Source: Orbicella franksi (Eukaryota). Taken from it: a DNA stretch of 64,000 nt. Shown here piece after piece: positions 50,861 through 64,000 of this stretch. The position numbers and the translations under genes were made by a program. The DNA lies in the NCBI GenBank assembly GCA_964199315.1, contig OZ116704.1, positions 15,190,001-15,254,000 on the forward strand, written 5' to 3'. The notes under the pieces are model-generated. The model was not told where the DNA came from. It did not search any database and worked only from the letters and a program-made list of their open reading frames with translations. Every line of letters begins with the position of its first letter. Positions within the stretch are counted from its first letter, which is position 1.

Positions 50861-53000
50861 ATAATTGACTCCTTTTGTATAGATACCCTGTAAAATATGA
50901 ACTAGGCATACATAGCCATGTAAGTAAGACTGTACATGTAAACAGTTATTCAAATGTATTGGAAAGTTAAGTAGAACTGGATTTTGTCACATGCTCCATC
51001 TGATGTTACGTAACTGTTAAAATAGAAAACGTTTTGTGACACTTGACAAGACATTTTATGACAACTTAGAAGTTTCGTTATAGTTCAAAACTTAGTTTCA
51101 CTTTTAGATGAACAATGCCAGCAATATACAGAGGGTTGTTGGGATTTCTGTGCAACTATTTATGCAAGTTCTTTGGGTTTTAGATCTCATGGTGTTTGAA
51201 GTAAGCAATAAATCAGGGTAAGGTACTGAGGTTATTTTCCAACTGTTACAGAATTAGCTAAACCAGGTGCAAACTTTGTGCAGCTACAGCTGGAATGGGC
51301 ATGATTTACTTGTCTTCAGTCAAGGAACATGTGCTACTCTTTGCTATCCTCTATCCCAGGCTTTCTCAACAAGGGAAGCAAAGAAGAGAGAGCCTGGGAT
51401 CGAGGTTGAGAACAGTGCCAGCACTCAAGTATTACAACAGCTGACAAGCCATGATCCAGCAATGAGTTGCTTAGCAACATCAAGATCAACCTGTATTTTT
51501 GGTCAGGTATGGATGTGTGACTGTTATACACACTTAACCCCCCCTGTCTTTTCCCTGTCTTTGCTTGTCCTTTACATCTTGGTTTTCAAACTCCATCTCT
51601 GGAGTGTTGGTTTTGGTTTGATTAACAGCTATTTTTTGAGGGAAGTGAAAAACTAGTCCGCAATTAGACTGTGAATTGTGGTTTGGTGTAGTGATGCTAA
51701 ACAGACTATTATGCTGTAGTGAATATTTCTATACAGCTTTATTTCTCCACATTTGTATTCTCAGTAATAGACTGGGACTAGCTTGGAATGGAGGCTCATA
51801 CAGGGGAACCTATTTGCATTTTAAAAGATTTTTCGCATTAGCCTCAGTTGCAAGCTAATTCCAGTCCAATACCGAGAATACGATGAAACCAACGTGAAGA
51901 AACTTGGAACTTTGTATAGAATAGCAGTTATCTCTTTTGTATATTGTAGTGTACTTCAACATGCTGGTTAGTCTCAGAACAAAGAGATTATGAAAGAAAC
52001 GTTGTAGAACAAATTATGTGCTAAGCACTGGAAAAAAAACTATAAAAAAAATAAAAAACAGAAGTTAAAATTTTCAACTTCGAAATATTTCTTGTAGCCA
52101 ATGGCATTCCTGACACAAACTTGCGAGTCACAGGCTTTCTTTCAGGCTGCATCTGCCTGTGATACAAACACTAACAGGCTACTGTTACAGAACATATTCC
52201 TCCCTTCCCTTATGTCCTTTATGAGAATTTGGAGTCACATCATTGCAACATCCCTGAGTCAAGTTCTTTATTTTCATCAGCTGTCTCCCCGGTCAGTTGT
52301 GCCTCACTAAGTGCAGACAGCCCAGGTGGACGTTTCATGCTCCACACGAGGGGAATAACACGTATTTGTCAGGGTGTGTCCAGGAAATGGACCAAGTTGG
52401 CAGCTGATACCCTTGATAGCTGATACCCCATATAAGAAGGATGGAGGGTACTCGTCGTACCTTTAAGGGGTTAAAAAAGCGGTCTCGGTACCTGTTAGGG
52501 TATTTATCTTTCGCGGTTCCTTTAGGGTATTGAGCCGAAAAAATATGACAGGAGATATTTAACAAACAACTGATATATCGCTATGAAAGTGTCAGTTGAT
52601 GCGTAGTTTTAGAATTGGTACCTCTTTTAGAGGTGAAAAAAAATTCAAGACACTCCCAAGAAACAGGATCTTGGTACCTCTTAGAAGATCTTTTCAAAAT
52701 TTTTGATGAGCGCCCCCGCTCTTTTAAATGGGAGTTCTCCCCGCTTTCCGTCAAGCCCTTATTTCTTTCAGTTTTGCGTAAACCAAAAGTCCGCTTACGT
52801 TTGAGTTTTTCCCCTCACGGCTGATAGTCATTATAATGCGGCGTACATGACGTATTTGGCTTTTGATTTCTCGCGGTTTTTCCTGGAGACGAGTTTGTGT
52901 AATATTGTCCTCCGGCAGCCATGTTGGCTTGTGTTCGCACGTATAGCTTTTGCCTTGTTATGCCTGCCTTGTTTGAGAGATCTCCGCTGTGATATCATCC

Positions 53001-54190
53001 ATGGCTGCTTATATTGAACGTGATGAACGTTGCCTTTTTATTGGAAACCTCGACTCTCGTGTAACAGAGGAAATACTCTGGGAACTGTTCTTGCAGGTAC
53101 AGAAAGCTTGAGCTTGTGAAAGCTTTTAAACCATGTTTTAACTTTTAAAAATGCTTAGTGTAGCATGTAAATACATACAACAATTAAAATATATCCATAA
53201 AAGAGAAATCAAACACAAAAAAAGACCAACGACGTGTGGTATGGATCAAGTTTTATTACCTTTCCCAATAGTTTTCAACGTTCCTCAATTGATTGATCAT
53301 TGATTAACTGACCCTTGTCAAGAGGTTATTTTGACAGTTGGGACGTGCTTTAGTGACTGTTGCCATTGTGGAGAGGTGATCTTTGCAGAGAGGTTAAAAT
53401 AAGGGTGAATATATAAACCGTCCGCTAGGACAAAAAAAAAGTGGCCATTGTTAAGAGGTGGACATTGTGGAAAGGTCGCTGTTAGTGGAGGTTCTATTGT
53501 AATTTATTTAGTTATTTTCTGTTTTCTTAACCTTAGTCTGGTCCTCTTGAAGCTGTTCACATTCCGAAGGACAAAGAAACAGGCAGACAAAAAAGCTATG
53601 GTTTTATCCGTTTTTCGCATGAAGTCTCTGTACCTTATACCATTAGTCTAATGAATGGTATCACATTATATGGAAGAGCAATAACTGTCAAAAAATCTCA
53701 ACAGACTACAAATTCTCCCGGAAATCAGAGTCCATCTAGCTTCCCCTCACCACCTTTGTTTGTTAATCAGAATGGACAGCCAAGCCCTTTTCCAAGTCCA
53801 CATCAATCAAATTATGGCTGTGGAATTTCTAACATTTCACCACTGCATAGGCCATTGTTTGATTATCATAGAGAACAATCAAGTCCATCAAATTACAGCC
53901 ATGGAGTTTCCAATACTTCACTTCGGGGTCAGTTAGGATTTGAGTATCAGAATGGGCAGTCAAATCCAAACTCAAGTCGGCTGCCATTTCCTCCTGCAAG
54001 AAATGAAATTGACTATAACTCCCCAAGTAGTCATCATCCCTTTTCTCGGGATCAAAGGGATCAGATGTCACCATGGCAACAGAATAGAGGACGAGACTAC
54101 CAAGGAAGACCCATGCATCAATCAGGTCGTTCACTTAGTCCTAAATTTCTTCCAAGGGGCACAAGAGATTTCAAAACAGATTTTATCTAA
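53001..54190 (+). CDS. RBM7: RBM7/RBM11-family RRM protein (249 aa, 2 exons)
   Basis: Exons 53001-53096 and 53537-54190. RNP2 LFIGNL, RNP1 KSYGFIRF, family motif HEVSVPY..LMNGITLYGR; S/P/Q-rich C-terminus. RBM7 versus RBM11 is not resolvable here. Confidence 0.85.
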
Positions 54191-54787
54191 ATTATAATTT
54201 ATCGACTTGTATACTATTTCAGTGTTTTGCTGTAAAAACACATTTTATTTTAGAAAACACCCAGTAAAAAACCATGCACTAAAAGCTATACTTTGATAAT
54301 CAGATAGAAACACAGAACTAGCTTAAGTTGTTGACACAATGAAAGGATGGGTAAAGAGAATGTACACTTTGGTAATCTAAATAAACAGTGATTTTTCTTG
54401 TAAAAGAAATGGAAAACATTTTCTCCATGTTTCTAATGACTTTTAGTATAAATCTACTAGTATTCTATTACAAATGACGTTCTCTAATTGGCTCCGCTAC
54501 TCACTTTTCTGTTTTAGTATAAATCTACTAGCGTTCTATCATGAATGCCGTTCTCTGATTGGCCACGCTACTCACGTTCTATTCTGTGATAGATAGTGAG
54601 TAGCGTAGAAACATGCACTGGGGGCTGCTTCTTTGAATTTCTTCCAAGGGGCACAAGAGATTCTTTGTGTTTTCAAAGTGTCTGTGAAGAGGATTTAGAT
54701 GAAAGTTTTGAATGATTAGTAGATTTACTCAAGAAAAGTACCGTTTTTTGTCACTGACTTGTATATTTTACTAGTAGATTTATACTA

Positions 54788-55340
54788 AAACAATTAGATT
54801 ATTCGCTCTTGATTTCTATGCATGATAGTTGACTCGCACTACGCCCTCATCAACTATCACATGATAGAAATCTCAAGCTCATTATCTAATTGTTTTGTAG
54901 ATAGTGAGTAGCGTAGCAGCATACGCTAGAGGCCAGTTCTTTATGTTTTCAAAGTGTCTTTGAAGAGGGTTTAGATTAAATTTTTGAATGAATAGTAGAC
55001 GTATACTAAAGCAATTAGATTATCCATCCTTGATTTCTATGCATGATAGTTGACTCGTGTTGCGCCCTCGTCAACTATCATGCGATAGTAATCTCAAGCT
55101 CATAATCTAATTGTTTTGTAGATAGCGAGTAGCGTAGCAGCATGCGCTAGAGGCCGGTTCTTTGTGTTTTCAAAGTGTCTTTGAAGAGGGTTTAGATTAA
55201 ATTTTTGAATGAATAGTAGATGTATACTAAAACAATTAGATTATTCGCCCTTAATTTCTATGCATGATAGTTGACTCGCGCTGTGCCCTCTCAACTATCA
55301 CTCAATAGAAATCTCGAGCGCTCATAATCTAATTGTTTAA
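54788..55340. repeat. Three tandem ~220-bp units, each containing a ~110-bp imperfect palindrome
   Basis: aa(a/g)caattagattat at 54788, 55008, 55228; arms aacaattagattat...gatttctat...tgatagttga / tcaactatca...atagaaatc...atctaattgtt. Confidence 0.85.
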
Positions 55341-55739
55341 TAGACTCACTCAAGAAAGTATGATAGAACTTGAAAAACCTGTCTGTGTTCTGAATGTTAT
55401 TGAGCTCAAGATGTCCTTACCTGAGTTTTTCAGATAGACAAAGCTAAGAACTCTGATTTAGTGACTACACAGATTGACATGATGATTTCAAAACAGCTGA
55501 TGTTGGTAGCATGGGAATTCCCATGGATTCCTATTTGAAGAATTTTACTTTCTTTACATAAAATTCTGTTATTCTGTTATCATCTATTCCTTCAGTCTAG
55601 CACTTAAGTTTAGAACAACTCTATGCCAATCTTAGAGGTATGTATTGCTTTGTTTATTAAAATAATGGTGATAATGATAGTCATCTCATGTCATGACCAA
55701 CTCAACCCTGTGACACATGGAAGTAACTGTTGTTCATAT

Positions 55740-55896
55740 CAGTGACGGATCTAGGGGAGGGGCCGGGGAGCCGCCCCGCCCCCTTATTTTGGGTTACAAA
55801 AGAAGAAATGACTGAAGGAAGAAAAGCCGGCAGGGCAAGTAAAACAGCCCCCCCCCCCCCCCCCCCCCCTCAGCTCAAAGTGTGGATCCGCCACTG
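55740..55896. mobile_element. MITE with 5-bp TSD (hAT5-like), second copy
   Basis: cagtgacggatctag / gtggatccgccactg; TSD catat/catat. Confidence 0.8.
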
Positions 55897-55951
55897 CATA
55901 TGATTGCGGTTATTATTTTGATTTAGAAAATAAACAAATTACTTCATCATT

Positions 55952-56242
55952 TGAAGATATGATTAATCATCGCAGTTACACACACAACTTAAAGCAGCTG
56001 TGAAATTAAAGCCTGGAAAAAATTCAGGCCTGAATGGGATTCGAACCGATGACTTCTGCAATACCGGTGCAGTGCTCTACCAACTGAGCTAACAAGCCAA
56101 CTGGGAGCTGATCACGTTGTGAATTTTTTTCAGGCTTAATTTCACAGCTGCTTAAGTTGTGTGTATAACTGCGATGATCAATCATGTCTTCATATCTTTC
56201 CCCGCATTTCAAATATATGATCTTTCGTATATTCACTTGTAC
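55952..56242. mobile_element. Long-inverted-arm element with a central tRNA-like sequence
   Basis: ~70-bp arms tgaagatatgattaatcatcgcagttac...aattca / tgaatt...gtataactgcgatgatcaatcatgtcttca; the left arm is shorter than the right. Confidence 0.8.
56027..56098 (-). tRNA. tRNA-Thr(GGT)-like sequence, probably a repeat-derived pseudo-tRNA
   Basis: GGCTTGTTAGCTCAGTTGGTAGAGCACTGCACCGGTATTGCAGAAGTCATCGGTTCGAATCCCATTCAGGCC: D arm GCTC/GAGC, anticodon stem CTGCA/TGCAG with loop CCGGTAT, TTCGAAT T loop; mismatches in the acceptor and T stems. Confidence 0.55.
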
Positions 56243-59200
56243 CTTATCATTTGTTTAACATCAAGTCTTTATGATGCTTTTCCCATTTCCCAGCCAATTA
56301 CAAGCCAAGTTAGCCCTTTGGAAAACGTTCGAGTAGCAAGGTGCCAGCAAATTGCCCAACAGTCACGCAGCTCCATCTCTCTTTGTCAATTGACTCACAA
56401 GTTAGAAAACCAGCTGAAATATTCCTAAGAATCGCATAGCTCAGAGAATTCTCGCACCCTGATTGGTTGCCTAGGTGAGGTATTCATCTGGAATTGCGAC
56501 TTATGAAAGCCAGGCGCGTTGAATATTGCAACATTCAAAGAGACGTAATTGAAACGGGGTTTTCTTTCACTCAAAAAGAAGGCTATGCGATTCAAGGAGA
56601 ATTCATTACCTGACGAGGGAATTCCACGTTAAATTTCACTTTAAAAACCGATATAACATTCATCGCTTCGCGATTCGCGCGATATCGGTTTTTCGCGTGA
56701 AGTGCAACGTGGAATTCCCTCTGAGGTAATGAATTTTTCTAGAAAGCCAAACTACAGTCAGTCAAAAGCGTTTAGTGGAAGTATGTAACCTGTTTTGTCT
56801 AAATAAAATTGCTGCAAAAAAATATTTGGAATTCACCAAAAGAAAGTTACAACAGATGTCGACGAAAAATTTGGCAGACAAAGGGAATAAATTTTCTCGA
56901 TGAAGGACTCAAGGTACTAGTTGAAATTCCTGTCTATAAAGATCATTTGTGGAGGCTTTTTTCCATACGCGTGGAATTGACACTCGGGATACCTTGGTTA
57001 ACAACATGACTGACGGGAAAAATATCTGCAATAAAAGACGTTCTTTGCGGTTAACTGGATTTTAAATATGAGAGAAATTTGAAATAATATCTGTTTTTCA
57101 CCTGACCAGCACGTAATAATAAATACTGATAAAAGTCATGCGATTCTTACAATATAAACACTATAACTACACGAGCAACGATCATGTTACGTAGTAAAAT
57201 AAAATCTATTAGTTGCTAGAGTGTGTTCCTGGACTAAAAATCGTGTTAAAAATACCTCTGATATGTTTTTCAAATTCAATTTCAAAAAACGTGTTGAATG
57301 ACAGCACAGCCGATTTTATGCTCTTTTCCTGAATTAAGTATGACCTCACCAGCGTCACATGAGGGACAGCAATTGGTCGGCTGTGACACTCCTTTATTCA
57401 CAGACACCGCATAAAAAGAATAGTCATTTCCGCCGAAATTAAACTGTTAAATGCTCTAGCTTTTTAGCTGAAAAACGTTCAAATATAGCATTCATACACC
57501 CCATCAAGTTTCCAAGTGGAAGGGAAAGTTAGATGTGTTACTTTGTCAAAAAAAGTAACCCGTAAAAGCCTTGCAAATGTGGAAGGTAAGTGATACCGAT
57601 TTAGTCACTGTTGTTCAATTTTTAATGTACGCTCAGATCGTGGCAAGTCCATCTCCAGTCCCTTTGAAGCAAATGTTTGCTCTTTTTGATATTTTCGGCA
57701 TGTTGCAAGTTAATTATTTCAGCTCAAAAATTCACACTGCGATTTTGAATGCAATTTCGGCCGATCAAGACGCTCTCGACATGAAATTTATGCCACCTGA
57801 AATTTAAATTACGCCTTGAATAACACTTTATCGAGCGATCACTTGAATTTATTACCTTCTTCGATCGATGCGGTTCTTGAAAATTTGTTTCAGCTTTTGT
57901 TTTTCCACTCTTTGGAAAGAAAAACATTGATCTTCATGATCAGAGAAATACGTTTAAATTTTCCGTCAAGGTCAGGATGTTTTTTTTTTTAACAGGGCCA
58001 CGGGTTTATTAGCATATAGCATAACACATCCTTTTTGCCACCAGCCTCGTATTATTGCACTTTTCTTGTTGAAAGCAAAGGCAGAATAATCAACAAAACC
58101 ATTTACGTACACTGAAATCCTTGTCTAGGGGAACTGATTCTACTGCTAGTTTTCCCATGTCAGCGTGAAAGCCTGCTAAACTTTTACTCTTATTTTTTTC
58201 AAGCGTTGCAACTGAAATATAGATTAATACATTCACTTATGCTGTTTTGACCCAAAAAAAAATACCTAAGTGATTAAATCAAGATATGCTCTTCATATAC
58301 ATACAGTCTGTCAGTTTGACATTTTCTTAAATTATATCTATTGTATAAACCAACGAAAGAATTGAAAACTCACACTGACGAGATAATGTGGACAAAAATT
58401 ATCGCTTTCAGTCAATCTTTGCTCAGTTTCCTTTGTCGCTTTGATCTTGTCTGATTTATGTCGCCTTAGGGAATTAACAAAAATAAGTTTAAATGAAGAG
58501 GGATAAATAAGACCAATAGAAAGATGTTATTCATGCTACAAAGGCTCCGAGGAACAAAAACAATTAAGTCTAAATATCTTAAAAAGCCATTCCTTTTCAC
58601 GTCCGCTAAGTAAATTTGAAAATGTTACTTTCTAGAACGAATTAAATAGTGTATTCCTATCTGCGCAAGTTTCATATGTTAAAACTGCGTTGCTTTTCCT
58701 TAAACATTTAAAACCTTTTTATGATTGCATGTTTTTGAAACAGCACAACTAAGACAAAACAATGCGGCCGGCAACATTTTTCAACGGTACTTAACTAGTT
58801 TCCGTGTAACAATGTTGCTTTGCGGTAAATTGCTTTGAAACTGCCTTGTTTGTTATGCGTTTTGTTTCCCCTGGGCCAGTACAATGCAACATGTGCAAAT
58901 TGCAACACGGGTGGTAAATTTGAGGAACAATGCTATTCAACTTGCAGCAATACAAAATATTTCTGCTCTTCGAGTTGCTGACAAAATGTGACCCTCTTGG
59001 CGTGATGAGGCTATTCAACTTGAACTTCTCAGTCCTTCGTTTTGGCCAGTTCTGGACGAGGTGAAGTTTTGTATAAGAATTAAGCAAACTGTTATAATCT
59101 CCGACTCATCTAACTGGTTCGTCGTAACATTTGTTCGAATTTAATTCTCAAATGCAGTTGATCGTGAGCGTTTTTAATTAAAACCGATTTATAAAATACG

Positions 59201-60656
59201 CTTCTCTATGGTCCGTTGGTTAAAGACAAATAAGTTGTTTCCGGTTAAACAAGTTCTTTCCATAGTCAAAGAACTCTTTGTTTCAACATGGTTTCAACAG
59301 GAGGCAATAAGACAATGGTCTCTTTGTTTCAAGTGGGTCTCGCAAAAGAATAGGAAAACGCACAGAACGTGCCTGAACAACATTGTAATCGATCACGATG
59401 CATATTTGCGTGTTTGTGTGTCCTTACAACTTGTGCACTGGTTGTTAATAGGGCTCTTTTATAACCTGAAAACAAAATCAGTTCAGTTGAGTTCAGTTGG
59501 TGAACGTTTCCTAGTTCCCAGGCCTTCAATGTCACAAGCCTTGAATACACTTGAATGGGTTCTTTGGTTTTGGAATGCGTTTTCTCTGTTATCAGCATAA
59601 TTACACTCGCATTCCACTTATGAAAGATGTCTCCACGTAGTCTTATCAAAGACCTTTTATATCAAATTAAGAAAAAGGGTTGTCATGTGAACGGACCACG
59701 CTTGACCTGTTACTGCCCCTTTTCTGTGTCTAATTGTTGTGATTTTAATATTGTGGGAACAAAGCACATACATCCCCCGGCCAAATACTGCCTAGTGATT
59801 AAAACTGTACACATCCTTGCACAGCCTTGCATTGTAAAGCGTGTGCGACTCAGTCCTTGGAGGTTAGCTGTAACTGATCTGGGTCACTATAGCTTTCTTA
59901 TCACTTTCGTGGAAAATAACTCCGAGAGTGTAGGTTGATATCACACCATGAAGTTACTACTGCATGGTAAGTAGGTATCTCACAGGCGGCCCAAGCTCAG
60001 TATGTGACTGTTGTTTTGATGCTACGCAACGAACGCTTTTTGACTTAGCATGAAAATCCAATTCAGTTGTTCTAAATATGCTATGTTATGTTTTAATCGC
60101 ACACGCTCGGGTTAATCAAGTCGCTCCAGCAGTTTGTTATTGGACAGAATTAAAATTCTCAAGATAAGACTATGACCACCGATGGCATAGATGTTATTCC
60201 TAGCAAGTAGACTGCATCGTTGCCTAAGTTAACAGTACGTATAGGCTTGTGTTATAGTACGTGCTAACATGGTAGCTACACCGCCAACGGCTCAACATTT
60301 CGTGATTCTTTCATAGTCATTTGATTAAGGTTGTCCATATTTTTTATAATCCAACGTGACAACGCTCACCTGGTGGTCTCTCTCGCGTGAAGTCCATTTC
60401 TCGCGTGGGATCCCCTCTCGCGTATCGTCGCGCACACGAGTTGATCACACAAAAGGATAAAAATAGAAAACAAACTGCGGTCACAGGCATGCGTTGTTTT
60501 GTCATGTTTGTGATCGCATTTTGTTTTCTATTTTTACTCAAGCTGAAATGGCCGAAGACTGATAGTTTCTACACAAAGGATGTATGAAATTTGAACTAGC
60601 AGTTCTCATTTAAATCTGCAATCCACTCCGTAAATAATGCATGATCACGTTTCTGG

Positions 60657-60834
60657 TAGCCTACGAGCAGGCTCACGTTGGAGCACAAGCGCGCGAGGCG
60701 TAGCCGCGAGCGCGAAATCGAGCGGCGAAGCCGCGAGACGAGAAAGTACCTCTTCACCAGACTCCTTCCCGCCGGATCGCTTCGCTCTTCACTACTCACG
60801 CGCGTGACTCAAAGGTGAGCCTGCTCGCAGGCTA
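60657..60834. mobile_element. CpG-rich MITE
   Basis: 20-bp TIR tagcctacgagcaggctcac / gtgagcctgctcgcaggcta (1 mismatch), with TA ends. Confidence 0.8.
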
Positions 60835-63800
60835 CGTTTCTAGTATTAATGATAATGATTGTAATGCGAGAAAAATTCTTTCAACTTTCTTCCTGGCTAA
60901 TGGCTCTCTCTAGAGTCAGCAACGCAAGGAGAATGGATATTGATTCGCACAGGTTTCACGATTAAATAACTCTCTACTTCGAATTAGGCTCGCCTTAACA
61001 GTCCGCCATGCTTTTTTTTTATTTGCCGCGTAGCCCCGCTTCGCTGACAGCCAATCACAAACGTTTTATTCAACTCGTTGCGAGACAAGTTGTAGCTTCA
61101 GCGGTAATACGAGCAGCAAAACTGAAATTTGTTGCAGAAAGTAGAACTCGAGTCTTCTTTGCGCAACATGTTGCCTCAACTTGCAACACTTTTCTTTTTT
61201 TTGCTGCGAGACCAGTTGGTCACAAATGTAGTAATATGCACAACAATGGGTTTCAACTTGCAATGCAACAATGTTACGAGACAAGTTGAAGGAAAATGTT
61301 GCTCCTACTAGCGGACCCCAATTCTGGCAAATTAATGAATATTGCCATAAAATGAAAATTTCTCAATGGTGACAAAACTTCCACGCTTTCTCATTCACAC
61401 AACATTGAAAATCAAGATGGCAGTTCTGAAAACCACTGTTCTTGTTAAACTCATATTATTTCAGTTACAAAATTTCATTGCTGAGCTATTACTGGTCAAA
61501 ATTAATCTCTAAAATCCAGCTTTCTTCATCCAGACCGAATCATTAACACCTTGGAATATCACTTAGCTAGCTTTGAAACATGTTTCTCTTTTGAGACTAG
61601 TGATTTAATTACAATTTTAGCTTTATCGAAATACTAAAAAAACAAAATTAACGACCGAATCTAACCATTTTTAAAAATATTGGTTCGTGCATTCTCCACC
61701 ATTGTCTTAGTGATTTTGATTTTTTTGCGAGAAATAAAGGTCTTCACCAAAAGCGTCATTTTAGCAGCAACTTTCGTCTTTCGTTCTCCTGCAAACAGGT
61801 TTTTGGTGGTTTCAGTGCGTTTTTTCGATGTGTCTAATAAATCAGTTCTGAAGTTATTAAAGTGACCCAATAAACTAACGAAATGTAGGTTTAATGGATT
61901 TTTCATTTCTCCTGTTGAACAGCCGTCATCAAACGTAGGTCAAAAACACGCCACAAAGTATGTAGCAGTATAAATAGGAGACTTTTCTGAGACAAAAATA
62001 GCTCCTCAATGAAAAATTCATAAGCCGGTTTTAGATTGGAGTCAAATCATTTTGAACTATATATTTCAATATTTACTGATTTTGCACCAGAGTGAATACA
62101 CAGCGCTTACTTGACCAAACATTTAAGTGGATTTTGATGGGTTTGCATGAATAACTCTTGAAATCCACACAATATTCTCATACTTCCACTGACTAATTCT
62201 ATTCGGCATGATAATGAGCTTTGTCTCAAGTTGTACAAATTCACGTCACGCTGTGCGTCTTTTTCTATATTATCCGCTCCTGCTTTAATGTCTTATACGC
62301 CGGGTTTTCTTTTTTATCGAACGGTTTTCGGTTTTTTTTTCGCTTCATCTGTCGCGCTGCCTTTGCTTCAGTCTTTGAATTTTCACTGCTAACTGATTGC
62401 TTGGCTGGTAAGTAAAACTGAAAACAAAATCATCCACAGGCGGGTTTTAGTCAAAAGCTTTCGAATATTGATCTTAGTTTAGTAGATGCATTGCCGTTTA
62501 CACTAAACCCTTGGCTATATCTTTGTTTATCTCAACAGGGTTGTGAATGTCAAGACCTTCACACAGTTTAGTTACTAAGGTAAGAATTCCTGTTTTTCAA
62601 ACTTCATTTTCTTCGTTTTTCAGCGATCTGTCTGATTAATATCCCGCTCTGTTATTATAGAAAGGTTAAATATTAGTTCTGTATATGCAGTACCTAAAAA
62701 CCCACCAAAGTTTTGCCTCGTATATCAAAGGATTTGTTCAAAGGATAATTCTTGGCTTACAAACACAACAGCCAGAGCATTTTTGATCCTGAAAAGAAAC
62801 ACCGCCATATTGAAGCTCAAAATAGCTGAATTACGGAATTCAGTGGTTATGGGCTTCCTTGAGGCTTAATTAATCGGGCGAAGATATGCCAGTAAAGGAA
62901 ACTCGCGGTGATAAACTTTCAGAACTGGGCTGATGTTTTATCCGATAAAATGCTTAAGCGGATTTCAGTTCATAATTCACTGGCAAACGGTTATTGTAAT
63001 AATTTCCGTTTCAAGAAGAAAGCTTTGGACGAAGGCAGATCATATAAACACTTGATCAGTTCTCGTGCTGTGCCATTCACAAAGAATTAGTCAATTTTTG
63101 AAACAATAGGTGTGCCGGGAATTAATGATACCAGGTTTCCAATTCAGAGCGTGTCTTCATAGGCTTGGTTTTTGGTCCAAAGTTTTCAGAGAGCGTGCAA
63201 ATACTTTAAAGCTTGACGTAAGAGCGTCTCGGTGTTCTCCAAACGTAAATTATTTACTAGAGACGACAAGGCGAAACTAGTTTTTCTTCCACTGAACCAC
63301 AAGTCGTTACGATTAAAACAATTATTTGCACTCTAAATCTTTTATTGCCCAAATTAGAATAACAGGGTTAAATTTTTCTCAAATAAAAGCTCTACAGTGT
63401 TAAAAAAAACCATCGATGCACCAGAGGTGAAAGCCTCTTCAAAGACATCGCTTTTGTAAGTCAAAAATATAATCTTAGTATTTGAGATATGAATAATTCT
63501 GGTAGTTTTCCTTCGTCTTGCAAACTGAAGATCTGTTTGCCGATTAGAAACGTTTATTTGACACAAAATGTCAAACAGTGTTCATTTTTTTTCTCGAAAC
63601 ATAACAAATAAAGAGCTTGAAAAATTGAGTTCTATTTCCGAAATAAAATAGGAAGTTAGAAAAACTCATGCCTCGGGACATCTATATATATTTTAAATTA
63701 TCTGTTTGATATAATTTGATTTTAGTTGCTCTTCGTTCCACGTTCTGAAAATAGATCTCCGACCAGCTTTTTGGAATTCTTTTGTGTTTCCGGTAGGAGA

Positions 63801-64000
63801 CGAAATGAAAGGTGTTTCAAGTGCCGTGGGATTGAGTGTTATAAATACAGAATGTTTAGTCGGTGCAAGAAGACTAATAACGAAATAAAAGAGAAACTGA
63901 TTTGATATGAAAGTAAAACATCACCACGTCACGTCTACAATTTGTGAGTCACCTCGAACACCCTTTGGAGACTTGCAAAAAGGTAGAAATAAGAACTGAG

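Noticed and set aside
62760-63350. Short ORFs with hydrophobic stretches near the window end
   Set aside because: Multiple stops in every frame and no coherent splice chain or recognisable family.

Overview
Eukaryotic, AT-rich, intron- and repeat-dense window. A cnidarian, probably a stony coral, is my inference from gene structure and repeat types. Five conserved genes can be assembled exon by exon with consistent splice phases: IFT57 (-, 15 exons) head-to-head with PSMD9 (+, 7 exons); TTC12 (-, 22 exons, one GC-AG intron) head-to-head with DCAF8 (+, 14 exons); and an RBM7/RBM11-like RRM gene (+, 2 exons). Three candidate exons at 3.3-4.9 kb may be the end of an unidentified gene. The most unusual element is a 2,059-bp DNA transposon (TTAA TSD, 18-bp GG...CC TIRs, Kolobok-like) between PSMD9 and TTC12. 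It carries an uninterrupted NLS + MBD-fold-like ORF and a divergent spliced gene start. A decayed Ngaro/DIRS-type tyrosine-recombinase retrotransposon lies antisense in DCAF8 intron 11. The rest is MITEs (5-bp, 6-bp, CAG, TA and TTAA TSDs), Helentron-like HINEs, tRNA-derived SINEs, CR1/L2 LINE ends, hairpin-core repeats and a tRNA-Thr(GGT)-like core inside long inverted arms. No database searches were run; gene and family names come from recalled motifs.
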